Source of the DNA: the human T2T-CHM13v2.0 reference genome, Homo sapiens | DNA: 64,000 bases | Reading direction: 5' to 3' (one strand) | Assembly (NCBI RefSeq): GCF_009914755.1 | Contig: NC_060927.1 | In this document: positions 1 to 14,633 of the stretch, one piece after another | Numbering within the stretch: position 1 is the stretch's first letter | Layout of the letters: the number at the start of each line of letters is the position of its first letter | Position numbers and translations under genes: made by a program | Notes under the pieces: generated by a model | What the model was told of the DNA's origin: nothing | What the model saw: the letters and a program-made list of their open reading frames with translations, nothing else | Database searches by the model: none

Positions 1-91
1 GTGACTTGGTACATGTTGGAGTTTGAAGACTGCTCTGTGTTTGAATGGGATGTCATTCTAATCTCCACGTTTCTTCATAAATTTTTCACTA

Positions 92-469
<378 letters not shown>

Positions 470-603
470 TCATATAGGTACGTGGAGGAAAATGGCAATC
501 TTCTGTAAATCATCTGTAACCTCAACACGCAGTCTTATGACTTGCCATTTGGTACTATAGCCATTGGGTGGGTTGTTGATTCATTCTAAAAAACAATATT
601 AGA

Positions 604-954
<351 letters not shown>

Positions 955-2384
955 TTAGGAGATGAATGATGAAGATCCAAGTTCTGTTTTGGTCAGTGGC
1001 ACAAAATTCTTGAAGAAACCTTCTTTTCTCTCAAACCTGTTTCATTTGTTGGGGACCTACTGTGTGCCAGGTGCTGCTGCCTACCTTGGGGAACCGTCTA
1101 GTTGGTAATCACAGTGGAATATGAAAAGACACTGATTGGGCTATTGGATTATAACATGAATTTTTAGTGAAGCCTCTGGACGGTTGAGACAAAGGAAATT
1201 ATTAATGCATTTTGTTTTCTGCTTTTTCTTTTTTATTTTTTGCCTTGTTTTGCTAGTATGGATTTTGATTTAATTGCTACTTTAATTGCTTTCATTGGGT
1301 GATAGATTCCTCTGATTGAGTAGACCTTTTCCATCCCCAAATATCTAGGAGTTGAAACTTAAGGTCAGGAAGGACAAGTTCTTCAGTGGGAAATAAAAAA
1401 AAAAAAGGTGGTTGTCTTGGCAGCGGAAGCTTGCTAATTACACTGCCAGTTGTAGTATCTATTTATGATGGAGGCACTGGGGACCCAATTAGCAGGTCAT
1501 TTTCATGTAAAAGTTTGGGATTGGACTCTCGTGTATGAAGATGATATGGCAACCAGTGAGCACCTTCCCAGTGCAGGGGAATTGAAGGTGGTTTTAGATC
1601 TCATTGCCTTGGATCTCCACAGGTCACTGATAGGAAACTAAAGCTTGACTGTTCCTTCTGTTCGTTTGCACCACCAGTTTCTAAAGTTATCTTGTCTGCA
1701 GGGCCAACATTACTGAAAAGTTGCTACTTTTGAGAGCCTGACTTCCTGGGAAGGAACTGGTCATAGTGATGAGACCAATAGGGTTGTGAGAATTTGCAAA
1801 CTGGAAACATAGGGATGGGAAAGGCAGTGGGACCAGGAGGGCATTGACACATCCCTTCGGTCTGGATGTCCCATTTGTTTCGGGGCTGCCTCCCAGAAAC
1901 AATCTACTTGGCTTCTTTGACTAACATTGATTTGGAAATGCTAGAGCATCATCAGACAGACTGGGCTACCGTGTTCTCTCCCTGTTTATTCCTTATCATT
2001 TGTAGACCTCGTGTTACCCAGGTATTTCTGTGCCCAGATATATGTGTCTGCTTCCAGCTCTCTGCCCACATGTAGGACACAGAGCAGGTGTGACTCACCT
2101 GGTGGATGCCAAGAACAGGGGAGTCTGTGATGGCCCATTGCAGGGGCCACTGTTACGGGGGATGGGGGTAGTGTTCTGACTCCTTTTTATGTTACTCACA
2201 GCAGAAATTAAGGGCCTATGGTGACAGTATACACAGTCTTGATGTTAGTTTATTTGTAGCACTGATGGCAAATATCTCCCTACATTATTGTGTAAAATAG
2301 AAATGTAGAAAGCAAACAGGCATGCTGTGTATAAAGGGCTTTTAACAGGGAACTTGTAGCTATCACTTATAATTTGTCCTTAAA

Positions 2385-3330
<946 letters not shown>

Positions 3331-3521
3331 TTATGCGTCCTGTTTCTGAAAGGAGGCATGGAGAGCTCGTTTCAACTCTTTTTGATCTGGTACTCTTACT
3401 GCAGGGAGAAAGTTTTGAACATATACCCCTATTATACATACTTTCCTAAATTACAGTTGTACTCTTATGCTGATGTTATATCTATCATAAAACATTCCAG
3501 AAATACAAAATTTAAGGATAA

Positions 3522-3885
3522 TTTTTTTTTTTTTATCTTGAGACAGAGTCTTGCCCTGTTGCCCAGGCCGGAGTGATGTTGGCTCACTGCAACCTCCACC
3601 TCTTGAGTTCAGGCAATTCTCATGCCTCAGCCTCTGGAGCAGTGATGTGATGTTGGCTCACTGCAACCTCCACCTCCTGAGTTCAGGCAATTCTCATGCC
3701 TCAGCCTCTGGAGCAGCTGGGACTACAGGCCTGCACCACCACTCCCTGCTAATTTTTTGTATTGTAGTAGAGACAAGGTTTCACCATGTTGTCCAGGCTG
3801 GTCTCAGACTCCTGAGCGCAGATAGTCCGCCTGCCTTGACCTCCCAAAGTGCTGGGATTACAGGAATGAGCCGCCGCGCCCGGCC
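3522..3885 (-). mobile_element. Alu with internal 70-bp tandem duplication
   Basis: Reverse Alu; 3573-3642 repeated at 3647-3716 with one mismatch. Confidence 0.95.
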
Positions 3886-4129
3886 CTAGGAGGGATAAAT
3901 ATTCATTAACATTCATATATATGAAAAAAATATATACACACACATACTCATATATGCATCCGTGTATATGTATGCATAGATGCTCTGTTGTTTTCTTCAA
4001 GTAGCACAGTGCTGGAGACTTCTGCAACAAACAGCAGTTGTAGTCACCTCTCTACAGGGAGGAAGAATTCATAGCATGCTAAGTTGGGATTTATTGATCT
4101 CTCCATAGCTTATAGGATTTCCTGTAAAA

Positions 4130-4452
4130 CAGGGGTCAGCAAATCATAGCCTGGGACCACCCAGTCTGGCCCACTGCCTATTCTGTACAGCTAGCAAGCT
4201 AAGAATATTTTGCTACATTTTTAATTGTTGAAAATAATTAAAAATAATATTATTTTGAGACGGACATAATTATATGACTTTCAAATTTCAGGTCCATAAG
4301 TAAAGTTTTCTTGAAATACCCATGCCCATATTTTATTGAAATAGCCGTATCTGTTTTTTTATGAACAGCACCACAATGGAAGAATGCTGTGTAGCCTGCA
4401 TGCCTAAAATATTTATTATATGGCCTGTTACAGAAAAAGGCTGCCAACTCTT
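4130..4452. mobile_element. MER58B-like hAT-Charlie DNA transposon relic
   Basis: CAGGGGTCAGCAAA end, AAATTTCAGGTCCATAAGTAAAGTTTT core, GCCTAAAATATTTATTATATGGCC...CAGAAAAAGGCTGCCAAC end. Confidence 0.85.
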
Positions 4453-4484
4453 ACTCTAATACCATCTCATTAAGGAAACTATCA

Positions 4485-4700
4485 CTTGTTGAATGATATG
4501 TTCCAGGTCCTGAACTTAGCACTTTGCATATATTAATTTAATCTTTGCCCCAAACCCATGAGATACAAGGGTCTTCTCAGATATCTGCTTCTAAGATACT
4601 GTCTCTGCCATAGAAGTGAGAAAACTTTGAGGCTCACAGAAAAATTTCCCCCAGTTACACAACTGGCCAGTGGCAGGGCTAGGATTTGAAAGCAGTTCTT
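4485..4700 (-). mobile_element. MIR
   Basis: TGAGGCTCACAGA...CCAGTTACACAACTGGCCAGTGGCAGGGCTAGGATTTGAA matches the MIR core in reverse. Confidence 0.75.
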
Positions 4701-4890
4701 TTCCATTTTGGTTGTTGGTGACTCAAAGTCATTCTGAACTTTCAGAATTCAGGTGGTTGATGGGGTGGGGTGGGGGTGTCAGTATGCGTAGCTCAGGCCA
4801 CTAGACTGGTCTGCGTGTCAGGATGGCCTTGTCCGTTGCTGTATGCTTAGCACATGGGGACACGTGGCAGCTGCTTAGTGAAGAGTTGTA

Positions 4891-4967
4891 GGGTGGATGG
4901 ATGAGTGGATGGGTAGATGGGTGGATGGATAGGTGGATAGTGGACAGCTGGATGGATGGATAGATGA
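4891..4967. repeat. (TGGA)n degenerate microsatellite
   Basis: GGTGGATGGATGAGTGGATGGGTAGATGG...GATGGATGGATAGATG. Confidence 0.9.
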
Positions 4968-5380
4968 TGCCTAAACTCAGCATGGAAAATGAAAGTCGAA
5001 TATGGATGTGTAGTCAGGGTCAGTTACTAGACTAGATTTATAGAAAACAGCCACTCACATTTGGCTAGAGCAAGAGACCCACAGTTTAGGGAATCTGTGG
5101 TGAGAAGTTGAGGAGTTAGGCCAGAGATGATGCTAGGAGCCAGAGGGTTTCAGACTGATGCTTTCCGAGACACGTGGTAAGTGGTGACTCAGGATGACAC
5201 AGCTCTTTGGAAATGCCTAGAGCTTGTGTCCGTGTACCATTGGGCACAATCCTTCTCAGGATGGCATCATCTTCTATTTCAGAATGAGATGGATGGGCCA
5301 GGAGCATGGCAGCATCTACTCCTGGAGTAGGCATTGTTGGCATTTATTTTTTTCTTTAATCAAAAAAAAAAAAAAAAATA

Positions 5381-5711
<331 letters not shown>

Positions 5712-5889
5712 TCAACTAAGGCTTACATCTGTTGACTACTTCCCTCTTGTCCTGCTGCCCTAGAGTATGAAGAGATTTGAATAGGTTTACAAAAGTATAT
5801 TTATAGAAATACATAGATTATTTTTACATGAATAATATGCTGTATTTATCATTGTATTGCTTGTTTTTTTCATTTGGTAATAGTTTAAA

Positions 5890-6380
5890 AAATACTTGAT
5901 TGTTGACCCCTAATACATTTAGCATAGTCTTTTTAGTTACAGTATAGTATTCTATTGTTGAAAATATGTTGCAGAGGTGCCATATGCAGTGGCTCATGCC
6001 TGTAATCCCAGCACTTTGGGATGCCAGATCACTCGAGGTCAGGAGTTCAAGACCAGCCTGGCCAACATGATGAAATACCATGTCTATTAAAAATACAAAA
6101 ATTAGCCAGGTATGATGGTGCATGCCTGTAATCCCAGCTATTTGAGAGGCTGAGGTGAGAGAATTGCTTGAGCCTGTGGGAAGTGGAGTGAAACCTCCAC
6201 TGGGCAACAGAGCAAGACCCTGTCCCAAAAAAAGAAATGCTGCAAATGTAATTAGGCATTCTCCTGCTGATGGCCATTAAGGCCACTTCACAGAAAACAG
6301 TCTTTATATGTACCTCCTTGTGCACATTTGCCAGTATTTGTTTAGGGTCAATACAGAGATTTGGAACTGTTGGATCATAG
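5890..6380 (-). mobile_element. Old L1M fragment interrupted by an Alu
   Basis: GTATAGTATTCTATTG...CATTCTCCTGCTGATGGCCATT...TTGTGCACATTTGCCAGTATTT...GGAACTGTTGGATCATAGG resemble reverse L1ME. Confidence 0.6.
5976..6233 (+). mobile_element. Alu with internal deletions
   Basis: Alu dimer missing part of the left arm and the GTTGCAGTGAGCC...CACTGCACTCCAG segment of the right arm. Confidence 0.92.
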
Positions 6381-6874
6381 GATAATAGAAACGAGGGTCT
6401 TGGCTAGCCCTCCCCTTCTTATGGTACTGGATACCCGAGGGCAAGATTCAGTCTCCATTAGCTGGTCCTCTTAGCTTTTCTTCTTGTGGATGCTATTTGT
6501 TTTTCTTTCTTTTTTTGGAGATTGAGAGGGCACAGGGATGAGCTTGCTGTGATAATTGCAGGCCAAGTTTGTATGAATCCAGGACCTCCTATCTGCTGTG
6601 TCACTGGGCCTGCAATGGGTTTTCTTCCCTCTGTTGTTAAGGGACAGATAAGATGTAATTGCCTTAATGCTGAATTGCCTTTCAGCAGGAGGGAAAAGGG
6701 ACCAGTGGCTTCTCCTTCTCTAGGCCAGTGGCATGGAAAGGAGATGAAGAAGGAGTAGGAAGAGGAGAGGGCAGTGAGGTGTGTAGAGGAACTAGAGAGA
6801 ATCCTGTAGACCTCAGGTTTTGAACTTGGTGGTGGAAGCATGATATGCTCTGGCTTAAAAATATTCACTGAAGC

Positions 6875-7430
6875 ACTATGTATAGTGGTTGGGGTTGGGG
6901 ACATGGGCTTTGGAACTGGGTAGATGGTGACAAGGGCTTTGGAACTGGTAGATAGATACGGTGCGATTCCTGTTTCTAGGCATAACTAGCTAAGTTACTC
7001 AACCTATTCTGAACTTGATTTCCCCAAGGATCCTTAAGAATTGTTCCTCAAAGGGGTAGAAGGGGATGTTCCAGAAGAAAACAGATGTGAAGTGCTCCTC
7101 CACACAGTGGAGTGCTAATTTTTTTTTTTTTTGGATGGAGTTTCACTCTTGTTGCCCAGGCTGGAGTCAATGGCATGATCTCCGTATCACCGCAGCCTCC
7201 GCCTCCTGGGTTCGAGCAATTCTCCTGCCTCAGCCTCCCGAGCAGCTGGGATTACAGGCCACCATACCCAGCTAATTTTGTATTTTTAGTAGAAACAGGG
7301 TTTCTCCATGTTGGTCAGGGTGGTCTCGAACTCCCAACCTCAGGTGATCCGCCTGCCTCAGCCTCCCAAAGTGCTGGGATTACAGGTGTGAGCCACCGCG
7401 TCCAGCAGTGGAGTGCTAATTGTTAATTCT
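6875..7430 (+). mobile_element. MIR, interrupted by AluSp
   Basis: GTATAGTGGTT...GGGCTTTGGA...AAGTTACTCAACCT...GATGTGAAGTGCT; contains a ~26-bp direct repeat at 6900-6925/6929-6953. Confidence 0.65.
7121..7405 (-). mobile_element. AluSp-like
   Basis: TTTCACTCTTGTTGCCC, TTTCTCCATGTTGGTCAGG, CTCCCAACCTCAGG diagnostics; 16-bp TSD CAGTGGAGTGCTAATT at 7105-7120 and 7406-7421. Confidence 0.97.
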
Positions 7431-7750
7431 CTGCTGTATGTCAGTTCCTAGTTTTGTGCGGAGACTGTAAAGGATAAGACGTGTTCCCGCCTTCAGAGCA
7501 AGTATGGCCTAGAAACTGCTGTGTAAGTCAATCAGCATGAATACAATGTTGGATGAGCCCAAACTGCTTGGAGTTTCTCTCAGTAAGAGGCACTGGGGGA
7601 AAAAAGGACTGAATTTTCCCTTTCTCTGAAGCTTAAACTGTGCCAGGGTGAATGGATGTTGCAGCATGCAATTTTTGTTTTTATATAAAGTTTAGCCTAA
7701 TCAAAATAGTTGCATATTATTTTCTTAGTAGTCATTGTAGGAAACACCAA

Positions 7751-7805
7751 TTTTTTCTTTTCTCTCTCTTTTTCTTTCTTTCTTTCTTTCTTTTTTTTTT
7801 TTTTT
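7751..7805. repeat. (TTTC)n / poly-T pyrimidine tract
   Basis: Direct reading. Confidence 0.9.
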
Positions 7806-7944
7806 AAGAAAGGGGGTGATCTGTCTAGCTTGTGGACTCTCTCAATATTCACCCTGTCTCTGAAAATCACCCTCCCACCTCCTTGAATTCTGGTGAAGGC
7901 AGTCCCACAAGTTTGTGTTCCACCGGTTGAATAGCCCTGTTAGG

Positions 7945-8115
7945 AAGACATCCATTTTCCCCCACAAGTTCCCATAAAAGCCGTGGGGCTGACCCTTACT
8001 GGACTCAACTTGGGGCATGGCCCCATCCTTGACCTAAGTATGGCCCATGGGGCTGTGCTGAAGGTGGTTCCTTAGAGAGAATAAATACTGGGCAGGCAAA
8101 AACAATATAGGTGCT
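7945..8115 (-). mobile_element. Old MLT1 (J/K-like) LTR fragment
   Basis: TTACTGGACTCAACTTGGGGCATGGCCCCATCCTTGACC...TACTGGGCAGGCAAAAACAA. Confidence 0.5.
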
Positions 8116-8149
8116 GACTGGGCCTAGGGTATTCTAGGATATTCTATGT

Positions 8150-8310
8150 CTTACTACTCAGGGTATCATGCTCTGGTCAGCAGCATCACCATTACCTGGA
8201 AGCTTGTTGGAAATGCAGACTCATAGACTCTTAGGCCCCACTGTGGGATCTCATGGATCAGAATCTGTTCTTAACATATTCCTATGCACATTGGAATTTG
8301 AGATGTGTGC
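8150..8310. mobile_element. MER5A/B hAT-Charlie relic
   Basis: CAGCAGCATCACCATTACCTGGAAGCTTGTTGGAAATGCAGA...ATCAGAATCTG...TATGCACATTGGAATTTGAGA. Confidence 0.8.
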
Positions 8311-11300
8311 AGTGCTGGAGCAAGTCAGGGAACTCTGGCCCATATCCATCTCTTCTTCATGGCATATCCCTGTATACACACTGGGCACCTCCATCTCCCA
8401 CCAGGGCTCACACCTTTGAAACCCTAAAGCAGTGTGTGTCAAGAGAGGCCCCACCATGATGAATTGCTTTTAGATGTTCCTATAGTTTCCTTTAAGACCA
8501 GGAATCAGCATTTCCTTTGTTAGCTAGGTAAAAATAATGAATTGGAAAAAAAAAAAAAACCAACCACAAAAGATGGTCCAGGTTTTCCTCACAGTTAAAA
8601 TAACTGGTTACATGGGTGGGAATTGCTGCATAAAGGCTTAAATCTATTCCTTAAAAACAAGCTGTGTATACAGTTCTCCTTTTCTTAGCTAAACAAAATG
8701 AACTGGGTTTCAAAAATTGGAGATGAATGAGGTTCTTATAATAATCAGTTGCATTTACTTATCAGCTCTTGTTCCTGTTCTCTTCATTTCCTTTCAGATT
8801 GAGGCATTTTTAATGAGGAGAGAAGTTAGAAAAGGGGGTCAGGAAAACTGGAAAAAAAAAAAAAAGAAAAAGCCAGAAAAACTCTTCTGCTGAGCTCTGT
8901 AGCTGTTCTCAGTTCTTTAAAGTGCTTGAAAAGTAATATTTTGTTGCTACTAAATCTAATTAATAGCTAGCTGGTACTCATCAAGACCTCATTTCTTTCA
9001 ACCTTGAAGGCAATTGGAAAGATACACAGATCTGTGTATTATCACAGCAAACGAATTCTCTTTTTTCCTTAATCACTTAGAGCTTGGTAAAGCAATGTAG
9101 GCAGCAGACGGACAGCTGTGTTTTAAAAAATAAAACGCATCTCAGGATGTTCACTGTGGCTCGTAATGAATGTGTATTGATTTTTAGAATTACTTTTTGA
9201 AAAAAATAGAATTTTGAAAGCAGAATCTAAACTGTATACTAGGCATGGTTCTTAACAGAATAGCCTACCTGTTCCTGAATGTTTGGATTGAGTGAATAAG
9301 TATTTGGAAGCCTGTCCTCTGCCCAGCACGGACTAATCAGAATGCTGTGGGCCAAAATGGGTTTAAACACAAAGAGAGGATGAAAATACTCCTCCGGGAG
9401 GAGGGCGCCGGGTGGATTACAATGCAGAGCCCTGCATCTCTGCCTGTGTAGGGTGCAGCTGTGGGCTGTTAGTTACATGGGCATTTCTTCCATTCTGAGT
9501 GGACGAAGTGTGAATTGACTTGGTGCCTGAGGTGCAGATAGGCTCAAGGAAAGTAGGTCAGGCCTGAATTGTGGCTGTTAGACGTTGGGAGTGCAAGCAG
9601 AAGAGAAGACAGTGATTACAAATACTGCCTATTTAGAGGACAAGAGCAACTTCGGAGAGTTGGAGGAGCACCCCCCATCTGCATACCACCTCCTCCATCC
9701 AATCAGTTATTTCTGCGGAAGCACACCCAGGACTGATGATGTTTTGTGTGTTGTTAGGTAGACTGTTACTCATTTGGCAGATATTTATTAGGTGTGTACT
9801 TTGTGCCAGGTCCTTTGTTTGAACCTCAAACCTGCCTTGGGTTGGTTGTGCCAGTGGCGCCGACATCCATCACTACTTTGCATGTTGGTAATTTATATAC
9901 TACACTAATAATCTGGCAGTCCTGCTTTCAAGCCTGACTCTTATCAATAAAGCGTAACTGAGAAATGCGCACAGTGTGTTTGGGGAAATAGTTTACAGGA
10001 AGAAACACGATGTTACAATAAAATTGGCCTGATCTAAGCATAGCTAAAGTCTGAAATCGACAGGGAATTGTTACAATTAGTGCACTGATTTTTTTTTTCT
10101 TTTAACCATTCCTTGTCTGTTGCGGGAAAATGAAAGTTTTTCCTCTCCGGATGAAAAGCGAGAAAACTGATCTGTTTATTTACAGATGTTTGTCATTTTG
10201 TCAAAACACACAGATGACGGTCTACGTTCTTTGGTTTCTGTCTGGACATGCTGCATGTGTCTGTATAATGAGAGCAGCAATAATCTCCCACTTCCCCTGG
10301 ACGAAACCGAACAAGATGTGTTTTTCTTTTTTTTTTTCCTTTGTACTCTGAATGTGGGAACTTAATTGTCTGTGTTTGCTGGTGAACTATTTGTTTCTAT
10401 GCTAGGTGCTAGTACATATTAACGTTGTACTTCCTTTGCAGAAGGGGAAAAAAATCTGATTATATAGTGTTACTTAGCTGCTCAAAGTTAATTGAAATTG
10501 ACTGAAGTAAGACTGTGGGGACTCTAAGATGTCTCTTCTTACAGCTGGGAATGTGTCCTCAAAGTTTGTATATTCTCCAAGATGGGTCAGCAGTGTTGCA
10601 ATTCCAAGAAAGGGACTAGATGTCAGAACTTGGGCAAAGGAGGCATTTCCTGTGACTGCTTGAGAGAAGGTGGTAGAGAATTTCATTTTGGTAACTTTAG
10701 TAGTTTGGCCCTAGGCCTTGACCCTTCCTTCTCCTAATTGAAAAGACATTATATTCATAGGCTAGTAGGCTGGAATACCATTTATATACTTGACACAGCA
10801 TCTGTCAAGCTCAGTGGGACTGTCTAATATTCACATGTAAAACTGGGTTGGGGTCTTGGAGTCTTTATTGGTTTTATAGGTTTAGGTAACTGATTCATAT
10901 AGTAGCTAAGAAATCTATCTAGTGTTCACTCCAAGGGAAAAGATTAGATAATTTATATGTTGTATTTCTTTTTATACTTCTGTTTCTCTCAGTAAACAAA
11001 GTGTTTAAAGAATAAGCAGCTATAGCCTGAAGTGTTAGTACCATTGTGTTTTTTTAGCAAGTCTTGGAAAAACTGAAGGTATTCTTGAAAAGAAAGCTCC
11101 ACCACCCCATGTAATTTATACATAGCCTACGTTCAAGGCAAAAATCCATTTAGGCAGAAGGACAATTCATTTTGAAAACAAATTGCACAATCTCCATTTG
11201 TATTTGGTTTTAGAAATGGAAAATGTACTCTTCTTAAGTCAGTTTTCAGTAACTTTTGGCCAAAGGATATTTTGGGACAAAGAGTATTCTTGAAAAGTTG

Positions 11301-11734
11301 CTTATCTTTGAAATGCTTAGGTTAACGTAGAAATTTTATCGTTGTCACCCCCTCATTCCTGAACCTCGCAGTCTCAACTTGTTTTCCATTGTAAGAAGAC
11401 AGTGGATATGTACATTTAGCTTAAATTAAGTGGAATTGTACCATAGTTTCACATTACTTTTATTGTGTGAGTATGAGACAACATACATATTCATTTATAA
11501 AAACAACAGGAATTTTTGCAAGAGAAAAACAGATTTCACTAGTGGTTTTCAAAACACAGAATCTGTTTCAATTCGGATGGATTTGTTGTTGTTGTTGTTG
11601 AAGCACAGTATATGAAACACGTAGCATGACCTCTTTATTTGACAAATAACTGGGGCAGTGTAGGGCAAGACACTTGCTATCTGAGGCTTTAAAGCAAGCT
11701 ATTTGTTTTTTATCTAGTGTAACACTTCTCTCAT

Positions 11735-11830
11735 TCCTGATGAGGAAACTGAGATTCAGAAAGTCCGAGACCCATTCAGAGTCACTGTGAGTTGGTGGGA
11801 GAAGTGAGTTTGAACCCAGGTCTCCTCTTT
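11735..11830 (-). mobile_element. MIR core
   Basis: GATGAGGAAACTGAGATTCAGA...TTTGAACCCAGGTCT. Confidence 0.8.
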
Positions 11831-12040
11831 GCTAGTTTGTAATTGTTTCCTTTTTCACAAGTAGAAAAGACAATGAACAAAAATGAGAATTGCATGAATA
11901 TGAGTTTAGAGTCTCAATTAGTTTATTATTATTATTATTATTATGTTTACTCTTATTCCCTAGTGAGACAGAATTACTTTTTAGAAGTGAATAATTGTCT
12001 CAAGGTTTTTATGCAGCTTAACCTATATTTTAGTAACATA

Positions 12041-12420
12041 TGTCTTAGTCCATTTTGTGCTGTTATAACAGAATACCTAAGACTAGGTAATTTATAGTGA
12101 AGAGAAATTTATTAGTGCAGGCTTTTGGAGGCTGGGAAGTCCAAGATTAAGGGGCCAGCATGTGGTGAGGGTCTTCTCGCTGTGTCATCCCTTTGTGGAA
12201 AGGCAAAGAGAAGGCGAGGTAGGGAAGGGGCAAACTAGTCCTTTTATAAGGAACTTACTCTCCCAGTAACAAACCCACTCCCTCCTTAATGACATTAATC
12301 CATTCATGAGGGCAGTGCTCCCATGACCCAAACACTTCCCATTATGCTCCACCCAACACTGCTGAATTGGGGAGCAGGTTTCCAGCACATGACCTTTGGG
12401 CGACAGATTCAGACCATACT
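12041..12420 (-). mobile_element. MST-family (MSTD-like) ERVL-MaLR solo LTR
   Basis: TGTCTTAGTCCATTTTGTGCTGTTATAACAGAATACC...CATTAATCCATTCATGAGGGCAG...ATTCAGACCATA. Confidence 0.85.
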
Positions 12421-12423
12421 GTA

Positions 12424-12593
12424 TTATCCGCCCTCCATATCTGCTGAGTATTGATTCTAGGACTCCCTGTGGATACCAAAATTTGCAGATGCTCAAGTCC
12501 CTTATCGTCGGCCCTCTAGATCCTTGGATTTTGATCTGCTGTTGACTGAATTCAAGGATGTGGAACCTGCTGCTGTTAGGGAGGCCTGACTGC
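12424..12593. mobile_element. MER2-family (TcMar-Tigger) relic
   Basis: GGATACCAAAATTTGCAGATGCTCAAGTCCCTTAT and GGATGTGGAACCTGC...GGAGGCCTGACTG terminal motif. Confidence 0.8.
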
Positions 12594-13776
12594 ATATTTG
12601 ATGGAAATAAATGGTATAGAACATTTAATGTTGAATTTTACTTTCCCTGGTCTATTAGTTTAGAATACCACCAGCTGCCCACATTATCTAGGGCATGTAA
12701 GTCCATTTGTTAAAGGGTCTGATTTAATCTTTTTACCATGTAGGATTTGGTTTTAGGTCATTGTCCTGAACTTAATAAATTGGTTTGGATTTCCTGTGTG
12801 TTGTGGGCTTATGTCATCTTTAATTTAATCTATTAAAATGGATAAATCTGCAAGGATGTTGAAGACCCTGTATTTCTTTGACAGATTTCTGTGAGCCACT
12901 GAATCACTTTATTTTTGCTAAATATTGATATTTATGTGAAAATGGATAGAGTGATTTGTGTTAGTTGTCATTAGGGACATTTTACTAATAAGAAATTTAT
13001 CCTCTTAAAGCATTTTGGAGCCATTGTCATGGAGTATAAAACAAAGCTAAACATTATTCTAGCATGAAAAATCCACTTAAAGGGTACAGTAGTTGCCACA
13101 GTTTGTTTTTCTTTACCAACCAAGATACGGCTTTGAAACTGAGGGGCACTGGCTATGGGAAGGAACCGCTGGCACTGAATGAATAGAAATTTTGAACATG
13201 CTTGTTTTGAAACTCGGCTACCTCTGTTCAGGGTTGACCGGTCTCAGTGGTAACAAGCTAAAAGTGAAATAATGCCTTTTTGCCAACACCATCTTGATTC
13301 TTCTTGTATGGACTGCTTGAGCCAATGTAACACATAATGTAGAGCAAAACAAGGAATCGATAAAGCCATTAAGCAGCTCACTGTCTGGCTAGGAATGTTG
13401 ATGAATGGGTCCGCATTTCCCCTTGGGTGTTTTTATTCACCACGGGAAGAAAAGGAGTGGGCCAAGAAAGTAGAAAAATTGAGAAGAACGGCTTTTCTTG
13501 CTTCAGTGAGGCAGCGCAGCTAGTGTCTGTCCTTTTACCCTGGAGATTCCTTTTCTTATCTCTGAACTAGGATGTGAGGTTGAGCGTCCTGTGCTGTCCC
13601 CGTCCTGTCTCTTATTTTGGGGCTTTATTACTTGATGATAGAGTGAAGAGCTATAAGACACGCTCATTAAACTCGGCCATCAGTTAAGGTGTGACTCCGC
13701 TTAGAGTCGGGGACCAGTGCCCAAGAGATGTGATGCCATTGAGTGGGGCCACAAGAGAAGATGTGAGCTTGGATGG

Positions 13777-14153
13777 TATATTCGTTTGCTAGGGCCCCTG
13801 TAACAAAGTACAACAGCATTACAACAGTCTGGGTGGCTTTAACAATGGCAATGTATTGTTTCATAGTTTTGGAGGGCAGAAATCTGAGAGTGTAGGCAGA
13901 GTTGGTTCCTTCTCAGGGTCGTGAGGGAGAATCTGTTCCGTGCCCTCCCCTAGCTTCTGGTGGTCTTTTGACATTCTTTGGCCCGCGGAAGCACCATACC
14001 GACGTAATTCCTTCATGTTCACCTGGTGTTCTCCCTGGCTGTGTGTGTCTGTGTCCAAGTTTCTCCTTGCTGTAAGGATACCAGTTGTACTGGAATAAGG
14101 CCCACCCTAATGACTTCATCTTAATTAATGATATCTGCAGTGACCCAATTTCA
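13777..14153 (-). mobile_element. MLT1C-like MaLR LTR
   Basis: TTTGCTAGGGC...TAACAAAGTAC...GAGGGAGAATCTGTTCC...TAAGGATACCAG...CCCACCCTAATGACTTCATCTTAA. Confidence 0.85.
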
Positions 14154-14288
14154 ATTCAACACATACAGATGGATAGGAAGATAGCTAGTTTTGTGTCTCT
14201 AAAATCTTAGTTAAGAGTGGCTGCAGTCAAGCAACCTCAGTCAAGCAACCTACAGATTTGGAATTAGCACCTACTGTGCATTAAACCA

Positions 14289-14590
<302 letters not shown>

Positions 14591-14633
14591 ATTGAAACTT
14601 TTTTCTAGGTGCTTTCACATATCCTGCATTCTT

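Noticed and set aside
4750-4780. G-rich run as a G-quadruplex
   Set aside because: Only three runs of three or more G
6458-6904. 148-aa ATG-initiated minus-strand ORF
   Set aside because: Starts in MIR-derived sequence, weak start context, low-complexity Ser/Pro content, no recognisable domain; compatible with chance in 64 kb
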